Of a stretch of 64,000 nucleotides of DNA, positions 56,879-64,000 are shown one piece after another. Position numbers and translations under genes: made by a program. The stretch covers positions 32,001-96,000 of the forward strand of contig CAVSBQ010000002.1 of NCBI GenBank assembly GCA_963726265.1. The letters are read 5' to 3'. Each line of letters opens with the position of its first letter. Position 1 is the first letter of the stretch. Source of the stretch: Candidatus Aenigmatarchaeota archaeon. GTDB lineage: Archaea; Aenigmatarchaeota; Aenigmatarchaeia; QMZP01; QMZT01. The notes beneath the pieces are model-generated. The model was not told where the DNA came from and did not search any database. It saw nothing but the letters and a program-made list of their open reading frames with translations.

Positions 56879-57125
56879 GGCAGTTCCGCCAGCCAAGCCA
56901 GCCATCCGAAACCTTTATAAACCCTAAATCCAATAAATTATCACTTATAAATAGTAAAAATGTTTCAAAAGGTTGGAAATCGATTCGCAAACATTTGATG
57001 GTTTGCAACCGAGGCTCGAGGGTGTGCATATGAATCCTTTGCATCTGCTTGGAAGGCATGAGGAAGTACAGCTCAGGCTAATGTTCTGGCTCCTAGAGGA
57101 GAGGAACTGAGGAATTGTGATTGAT

Positions 57126-57572
57126 ATGTACCAAATAAAAGGACACAAAGAACACAAATGCGCGACATGCGTGCATGAGAAGCTGTCTCCAGAGCAGCCT
57201 CTGGGTTGTATAAACCACTATAATGAAGCTATTTTTGATGCTAATAAACTATTCGCCAATCGCTTGGGAGAAATCGCTCCAAATATTGGCGAAGGACTTG
57301 GCAAAAAGATTGACAAATATACTGTGGTTAGCCAACTTTTCAAAACTGAAACTGGCAGAGAAGAATTAAAGAAAATAATAGATGAAGTTTATGCATCTCT
57401 GAATGACGTGGCTGATGAGCTGCGTCGAACTGGACTTGAATTGGAGGATAGGCATGATGGGACGCAACCGTGTTTTGGCTTCACGATGCCTTTTAGAGTT
57501 ACGAGATGCCCAAGATACGAAGCAGACTCGGAAATGCTGGAAATGTCGGATGCTTTTGGGGGGGAGTGGTAA
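57126..57572 (+). CDS. Hypothetical protein with possible metal ligands
   Basis: CATCVH, GCINH, PCF and CPRY motifs. Confidence 0.65.
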   Translation: MYQIKGHKEHKCATCVHEKLSPEQPLGCINHYNEAIFDANKLFANRLGEIAPNIGEGLGKKIDKYTVVSQLFKTETGREELKKIIDEVYASLNDVADELRRTGLELEDRHDGTQPCFGFTMPFRVTRCPRYEADSEMLEMSDAFGGEW

Positions 57573-57575
57573 ATT

Positions 57576-60102
57576 ATGAAAAAGATGTTCGGGGGTTTAG
57601 GGTTAATGATTTTGGCTTTGTTAGCTGTCGCTGTGACAGCTTTGCCGCTTAACGCGACCGCGCTTGCGAACAGCCCGCCGGTTATTGACGTTATTGGCGT
57701 GACGCCGGAGAACCCTGGCGTCTATAATGACCTGACCTGCAATGCTGACGTTTCCGACGTCGACGGGAACTTGGACTACGTCCAACTCATCTGGTATGTC
57801 AACGGCGCCATGCAGAGGCAGGTCACGAAGCTCGTTTACGGCACCAGCGATTCGGTTTCCGACGTTTTCAGCGGCAGCAAGAACGTTAATGATTATGTTG
57901 TGTGCGACGCGAAGCTCTACGATTTCGGCGGAGCGTATGACCACGAGACTCATGCTGTCCGCGTAGGTAATGTGCCATCTAATTCTGGGTCACAAATAAC
58001 CTACGTGGATATCACCCCAAGACACCCCAACCCTCAGCAAGATTTGACGTGCTCTGATCCTAGCGATCGACGCGGATGATAATCTTGACTATGTTGTCAT
58101 CGAATGGTATCGCAACGGCCAGCTGATAAGATCTGCCCCTAAGGACATCCAGGGCTCGAGCGATACCGCATTCGACATCCTCAGCGCCAGTTACACCAGC
58201 GCCGGCAACTGGTTCAAGTGCAGGGCGACGGCGTACGATACGTATGGTGCGGCGGCTACGCTGGAATCTGCCACCGTGACGATTGAGTCGGATGGCCAGA
58301 CAACCCCCTACACCCCGTATTATCCTTACACCCCATACACGCCATACACCCCCTACAGCCCCTACGTCTACGGCAAGCCCGTGGCCGTCCTGTCCGTTGA
58401 CACGTCATACGTGGACGAGGACGAGACCATGCGCTTTTCCGGGGACAATTCATACGACCAGTATGGCGGCACGATAGAGCAATACCTGTTCGATTTCGGG
58501 GACGGCGAGACGTCTCCCTGGATATCAGATGACCTTCCATACGCCTACCACTCATACAACAACAGCGGTACCTATTACGCGCGCCTCAAGGTCAAGGACA
58601 ACGAGGGCGTGGAATCCGCCTGGAGCAATTCGATAGCGATACGCGTGGCTGAAGGCACGGGCACTAACGACGACTACCCGCAGATAGACGACATGACTAT
58701 TGTTAAGGAAACGCATGACCAATATTCCACGTTCAGGTGCGAGGTCGAGCTGTTCGACGAGAACGAGGACCTGGATTACGTCAAGTTCAAGTGGTATCTG
58801 GACGACGACGTCGTCTTCACTTCAAAGGAATTTGTCGAAGGCCGCACGGACGAAGCCGACTCTGAAGTCAACCTCGCCATAAACGAGAATTCTGCCGTGA
58901 AGTGCGAGGTAACGGTTTACGACAAGGAGCACAACATAGCGACCGAGTCCAAGAGCACGAGCGGCTATGTCGAAGGGAAGGGCTGCGGCTTCGAGGTCGT
59001 GAGATTTGATTATAATACCTACCTCATGGAGGGCAAGAAAGGCTGGGTCGAGGCCGAGGTGAAAAACACGGGCGGAGCATCGGGAACCGTGACGCTCAAG
59101 CTTTACGTTGACGGCGTCTACAAGGAGCAGGCCAGCGCCTACGTGCGCACTGGAGAGAGCGAATCCAAGAAGTTTGAGTTCACGCTGGCTGTGGGGAACC
59201 ACAAGGCGCTCGTCGAGATTTCAACGCCCTGCGGCGGCAAGATCAGCAGGAACGCGGATATAACGATTTTCCCAGCCAGTTCGCCGGTCTACATTCCGAC
59301 GACAAGCGGCGGTACCAGCGGCTCCGGAACGCAGGAAATCAAGGGCGTTGACGTCATAATCACGCCAGAGTCCATGGACATTGAAATCGACTCGGGAGAA
59401 ACCGTATCCGTCTACATCCAAAGCCCGGCGACGGCGAAGTTCGCCATAGCGGTCGAAGGCCTTCCAGACAACTGGGCCAATTACCCGGCGGAAGTCGAGG
59501 TCACTGGCAGCAAGACCGCATACATATACATTGTCCCGAAGACTGTCGGGAATTACGAGTTCAAGGTTAAGGTCACCAGCGGGACGAATACGTTCGAAAA
59601 GACCATAGAGCTTTACGTCGCTCCGGCCGGCCAAAAGCATGACATAGGGGCCATGACCGGCCTTGTAAGCGCGCTGGAGAGCAACTGGCTCACCGGAGCG
59701 GTCATTGTGGCCATTCTCGCCGCGCTCACGGTGTTATATTTCATTGCAGGCAGGGGAAAGCTGGGAAGGAAGAAATACGAGGACCACGTCTATGGCGAAC
59801 GCAAGGAGCCGTATTACGGGCCTTACCCCGGACCGGGTCAGATGCAGCCAAGGATGATGAAAGGCAGCGTCGCTGCTGTCAGAACTCCAAGGGCTCCTGC
59901 ACCAGTTGCACCGAAGCCTATCAGGGTTCATGTTCAGACTGCCCAAACTATTCAGCCACAGAGGACTGCAGCCGTAAACAGGCCGCAATCGCAGGGACGG
60001 CTTAACACGAACGCGAACCTTAGCTGGCCTGACCCGGCAGACCTGCTCGGCGTGAAATATTCCGATGGCACGCGCTATCCAAAGTTCGGCATGGACTTCT
60101 GA
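57576..60102 (+). CDS. Surface protein with Ig-like/PKD domains, a C-terminal TM and a Pro/Gln-rich tail; frameshift near 58055
   Basis: Signal peptide, repeated DLTC...D.D.NLDYV...WY modules, PKD-like SYD...YLFDFGDG...HSY..SGTY.ARLKVKD, and CARDB-like VKNTGG. Confidence 0.82.
58303..58365 (+). repeat. 9-bp coding tandem repeat, (T/Y/S)PY x7
   Basis: TPY TPY YPY TPY TPY TPY SPY. Confidence 0.9.
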
Positions 60103-60146
60103 ACAACAAGCAGAAGACAGAAAAATACCATACCAAAGGTTTTATT

Positions 60147-60392
60147 ATGGACAGCACAGAAAAACAATTTGTCATGACTTCAACGAAAAACTATGCAATA
60201 CCGCTTGCACAATTCAGGGAGATGTACAAGAAAAGATTCGGCTTCTATCCCGTCTCAGGAAATCTTGCCCGCTTTTTGATTGCATATGACAGAAACGGCC
60301 GCGCGCTCGTGACGGGATTTGATTCTGACATCGATTCCTGCCCGAAAAGGCTTATGAGAAGGGCGCAGGAAATCGAGGAATACGGCCTTTAA
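60147..60392 (+). CDS. Hypothetical protein
   Basis: 81-aa ATG ORF. Confidence 0.55.
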   Translation: MDSTEKQFVMTSTKNYAIPLAQFREMYKKRFGFYPVSGNLARFLIAYDRNGRALVTGFDSDIDSCPKRLMRRAQEIEEYGL

Positions 60393-60503
60393 AACAGGCA
60401 GACGCTGGAAAGGCTGGGATAACACAACGTATAAAAAATTTCACCCCCATAGAGTTTATAAAGTGCTGACTGTTTAGTTTCAGTTTTATTGGTGGGTGAT
60501 GGG

Positions 60504-62555
60504 ATGAGGATTTTGGGTGTATGCTTGGCTTTGGTTATATTGTTGGTTGCGTTTGCGTCTTTCGCAGGCGCTGCGAGCGCGTATTCGAACACGGGCATGG
60601 ATGTTTCGCCTGCGACGGTCTCAAGGTGTCCGGGCGATACGGAAACGCTCGAACTCGCGCTTTCGAACAACGACGACGCCACCCACACCTACGAGCTCAT
60701 GCTGGAGCTGCCCCAGGGCTGGAGCGGCTTCATACAGCCCGCGGTAACGCTCGCTTCCGGGGAAAGCGACAATATAATGTTCTGGATAACCCCGTCCACG
60801 GTCAATCCAGGGGTTTATAATGCAAGGCTCGTTGCAAAGGTCGGGGTCGAGTCGACCTCGAAGGACATCCCGGTCGAGGTGCTCGGCTGCCACATTGTTT
60901 CGATAGATGTGCAGGATGCGATGGAGGTATGCGCTGACTCGGAATTCCAGTTCTCGTTCTCGGTCTCGAACTTCGGCAAGGAGGCCGAGGAATTCGAGAC
61001 CACAGCGACCGCCTCGTGGCTCACGGGGAAGGACGCGGAGCTGCACACGGAAAGCGCGATCATAGAATCAGGAAAGGCGAAGCAGATTTCCTTCAACGTA
61101 AAGACGCCGGAAGCGACAGGAACCATAAAGGTCAAGGCTGTTTCGAAGACTTCTTATGCCTCGGCAGAGAAGCAGACGCAGCTCAACGTCAACAAATGTT
61201 ATGATTTCACCCTGGACATGGCGCCGAACGAAGCGCCAGCCTGCCTGGGCGGCTCGGCTGAATTCGCGCTCACCGTAAAGAACACGGGGACCGCTGCCGA
61301 CGTTTATCTGATAGATGCGCCGGAATGGGTCAAACCAAGCCAGGCGAACGTGACCGTCCTGCCGGGCGAGGAGAGAAGCGTAAGCTTCTTCGCCTATCCC
61401 GCGGCCAAGGGCAAAACGTCATTCGCCATAAAAGTCACGTCCAGGAACTACCCGAAGGCGGCGAAGGAAGCGACAGCCGCAGTCGAAGCGAATGAATGCA
61501 AAGGCGTCGCGGTCATTGTTTCCCCTGCCGAGCAGGAAGCATGCATGGGAACGCCCGCGGAATTCACAGTCACGCTCAAGAACACCGGCATGGCGACGGA
61601 CTCGTATGAGCTCGTGGCGAATTACGGCAGCTTCGGTGAAAAAACGCTGAAAATCGAAGCCGGCGAAATAAAGGAGGCCACGCTCATCGTCGACACGAGC
61701 GGCATGGAAACTGGAGAGGCGTCCGTCACCGTTACCGCAAAGAGCGGCGAGATAATGGACCAGAACTCGGCGAAGTTGAAAATCAAGAACTGCTACGCGG
61801 CGGAGTTCGGGGTGAGTCCCGAGACGGCGGAAGCCTGCGACGGCGACGAAATCCAGTACACGCTGGTCCTCAAGAACACCGGCCTGTTCACGGACAACTA
61901 CACTGTGACGCTGCAGGACGAAGAGATAGGCTTCGTCACGCTGGAGCCCGGCGAGCTGAAGATGTTCTCATCCGCGCTCAGGATAACGGGCTTCGAGGAA
62001 GGCGAGCACGACCTCGTTTTCAGGGCCGTTTCCCAGCACGTCTCGAAGGAAGCCATAACCAAGATAACAGTTAAACCGGACAGGGCATGCTACAACATAG
62101 AGATATCGAGTGACAGCGCCAAGAGCGTGGTCGAGCCGGGCAACGGCATCGCGCTCGCGGTCAGGCTGAAAAATGCCGGCCAGAAGCAGGAGACGTTCGC
62201 TCTCTCGCTGGAGGGGCCCGCATGGCTCCACCTGAACCAGGAAGCGGTGACGCTCGGCCCAGGAGAGGAAGGGACGGTCTATCTTTATGCCTCCCCAGGA
62301 TATGACGTCAAAAAGAGCGTCTATCAGGCTTCTTTCAGGGCGCAATCCGAAACCACTGAAAGCGAGATGATATTCAGGATAGGAGTAGGGGTCGTGCCTG
62401 AAGACGAGACAGCCAAGGCAAACGGCATAAGGCTGCCTACGGGCGCGATAACGGGAATGGTGATGGGAACGACGGGCAAGGTCATCCTGCTGGCGCTCAT
62501 CGTGGCGATCATCCTGATAATACTGGTGGTAAAGTTCGTGCTGTTCGTGAAGTAA
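60504..62555 (+). CDS. Membrane-anchored protein with about six Ig-like (COG1470/NEW3-like) repeats
   Basis: Signal peptide, repeated C.G....F.LT.KNTG...D.Y modules and a C-terminal TM. Confidence 0.85.
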   Translation: MRILGVCLALVILLVAFASFAGAASAYSNTGMDVSPATVSRCPGDTETLELALSNNDDATHTYELMLELPQGWSGFIQPAVTLASGESDNIMFWITPSTVNPGVYNARLVAKVGVESTSKDIPVEVLGCHIVSIDVQDAMEVCADSEFQFSFSVSNFGKEAEEFETTATASWLTGKDAELHTESAIIESGKAKQISFNVKTPEATGTIKVKAVSKTSYASAEKQTQLNVNKCYDFTLDMAPNEAPACLGGSAEFALTVKNTGTAADVYLIDAPEWVKPSQANVTVLPGEERSVSFFAYPAAKGKTSFAIKVTSRNYPKAAKEATAAVEANECKGVAVIVSPAEQEACMGTPAEFTVTLKNTGMATDSYELVANYGSFGEKTLKIEAGEIKEATLIVDTSGMETGEASVTVTAKSGEIMDQNSAKLKIKNCYAAEFGVSPETAEACDGDEIQYTLVLKNTGLFTDNYTVTLQDEEIGFVTLEPGELKMFSSALRITGFEEGEHDLVFRAVSQHVSKEAITKITVKPDRACYNIEISSDSAKSVVEPGNGIALAVRLKNAGQKQETFALSLEGPAWLHLNQEAVTLGPGEEGTVYLYASPGYDVKKSVYQASFRAQSETTESEMIFRIGVGVVPEDETAKANGIRLPTGAITGMVMGTTGKVILLALIVAIILIILVVKFVLFVK

Positions 62556-62569
62556 TGTGGTGAATTCGT

Positions 62570-63976
62570 ATGACAGTTTCCACAGGGTTGCGAGTAGATG
62601 CCAATAATATAAGACTCTGGATGGATTCGATATCTTTCATAGGAAGAATGGGCAACTCAGAACAAAGCGGATACCATAGGGCAGCCTATTCTGATGAAGA
62701 AACCAAAGCTATTGGGGAGATAGTAAGGGAAGCTAAAACGAGTGGCTTGGGTGAAGGAATATATGACGCGGTAGGAAACCTTTTTTTGAAACTGAAAGGA
62801 AAAGCTGACGACCATGTGGTCCAGGTGGGCTCGCATCTGGACACGGTTCCCAAAGGCGGAACTTATGACGGGGCGGCCGGCGTAGTCGCTGGCCTTGAAG
62901 CGATAAGGACGATATACAAATCAGGGCCGCTCAGCAAAAGGGGCCTGGAACTCGTCGTTTGGAGAGGCGAAGAGGGAGCGGTTTTTTCTGACGCATACAA
63001 GGGATCGAAAGGCGCGTTTGGAATGCCTTTAAGCGCAAAGGCATTCGAAACCAAACACACATACCTGAACGGAAAAACGATGAACTTGGAAGAAGCTCTC
63101 AAATCGCAGGGACTTGAAAATGCCATTGGGCATTTCAGGGGAAGGATACCGACCATAGGGCAAGGCGATATAGACAATATTTTTTCCCATCTTGAACTGC
63201 ACATAGATCAGGGAGATACGCTGGAAGCCGAAGGCAAGGACATCGGCATAGTCGAGAGCATCAGAGGCAACCACAGATTTAGAATCGTGGTTGAAGGCGA
63301 ATTCAACCATTCAGGAGCCACGGAAATGCGTTCGGGGCACAGGAGAGACGCAAATGTCGCCATGGCCCATATGGTTGTAAAGGCCGATGAAATAGCAAGG
63401 ATCTATTTGGCTAAAGGAAAGGACATAGTATTGACTCCGCCTCAAATCAACACGGATCGGCCATTCAATGACAAAGAAGAATATGGAAGGAAATTAGACA
63501 AAAACGCGCTTACTAAAATCAGCGGTTTCGGCTATTTCACGTTGGACGTAAGAAGCAACAGGAGAGATGTGCTGGAAGAGTGCTGCAGGGACGTGAGAGA
63601 GGCCACAAGAAGCATAGGAAATGACCTCAATGTCAAAGTGGAGGATGTAGAAATAGGAGGTTTATGCCCTCCTGTGGAAAGAATGGATGAAAGGATCCAG
63701 CGTTTGACTAAACGCGCATGCGAAAAATTAGGCTACGGTTATCACTTCATGTCGAGCGGCGCAGGCCATGACGCCGCGATAGTAAGCCAGCAAAAATACA
63801 CCGACGGGAATCCTATACCAACCGGGATGGTATTCATACCATGCAGGGATGGCAGAAGCCATGACGAAATGGAATTTGCAAGGAAAGATGCAATAGTGAA
63901 GGGCGCGAACGTTCTGACGCTTGTTGCACGGCATTTGGCAACGGCGGAAAACCCCTTTGAAACCGAATTGCTGTAA
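62570..63976 (+). CDS. M20 family amidohydrolase (allantoate amidohydrolase / N-carbamoylase-like)
   Basis: DAVGNL, GSHLDTVP.GG.YDGAAGV, EEG, ELHIDQG, NHSG, SGAGHDA and SH..E. Confidence 0.9.
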   Translation: MTVSTGLRVDANNIRLWMDSISFIGRMGNSEQSGYHRAAYSDEETKAIGEIVREAKTSGLGEGIYDAVGNLFLKLKGKADDHVVQVGSHLDTVPKGGTYDGAAGVVAGLEAIRTIYKSGPLSKRGLELVVWRGEEGAVFSDAYKGSKGAFGMPLSAKAFETKHTYLNGKTMNLEEALKSQGLENAIGHFRGRIPTIGQGDIDNIFSHLELHIDQGDTLEAEGKDIGIVESIRGNHRFRIVVEGEFNHSGATEMRSGHRRDANVAMAHMVVKADEIARIYLAKGKDIVLTPPQINTDRPFNDKEEYGRKLDKNALTKISGFGYFTLDVRSNRRDVLEECCRDVREATRSIGNDLNVKVEDVEIGGLCPPVERMDERIQRLTKRACEKLGYGYHFMSSGAGHDAAIVSQQKYTDGNPIPTGMVFIPCRDGRSHDEMEFARKDAIVKGANVLTLVARHLATAENPFETELL

Positions 63977-64000
63977 TTGCTTCAATAAGTAGTCATTTTC

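Overview
This is a gene-dense archaeal chromosome segment. Archaeal markers include TBP, eS6, an archaeal-type LeuRS, a class III signal-peptide pilin and an intron-containing tRNA-Arg(UCU). Gene content and style suggest a DPANN lineage such as Aenigmatarchaeota, but that is an inference. The backbone is GC-rich with interspersed AT-rich orphan genes. Many conserved genes (eS6, ThiF/UbaA, ThiI, ThyX, TrxB, LeuRS, surface proteins) are broken by small indels, most likely uncorrected long-read errors. Housekeeping and metabolic genes include HEPN-MNT, ThiF-ThiI-NadM, two PPATs, type II PanK, FtsZ, CorA, OPT, MFS, a divergent PfkA, GlyA, ThyX, TrxB-GdhA-TrxA, Sua5, AlkD and an M20 hydrolase. Five observations stand out: (1) an AT-rich 532-aa gene with a bacterial sigma-70-like module between two DUF4046-like repeat blocks; (2) a tetraether synthase (Tes/GDGT-MAS) homologue divergent from a GbsR/MarR-type regulator, with a 30-bp inverted repeat between them; (3) two signal-less PQQ-type beta-propellers sharing an N-terminal motif and a (K)SEY hexapeptide tail, flanking an MFS gene; (4) a ~13-kb locus of two giant Cys/Asp-repeat surface proteins around a pilin, one with an internal signal-like segment and a phosphoesterase; (5) the same 22-bp palindrome upstream of two unrelated small genes. 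All calls come from reading motifs by eye; no searches were run.
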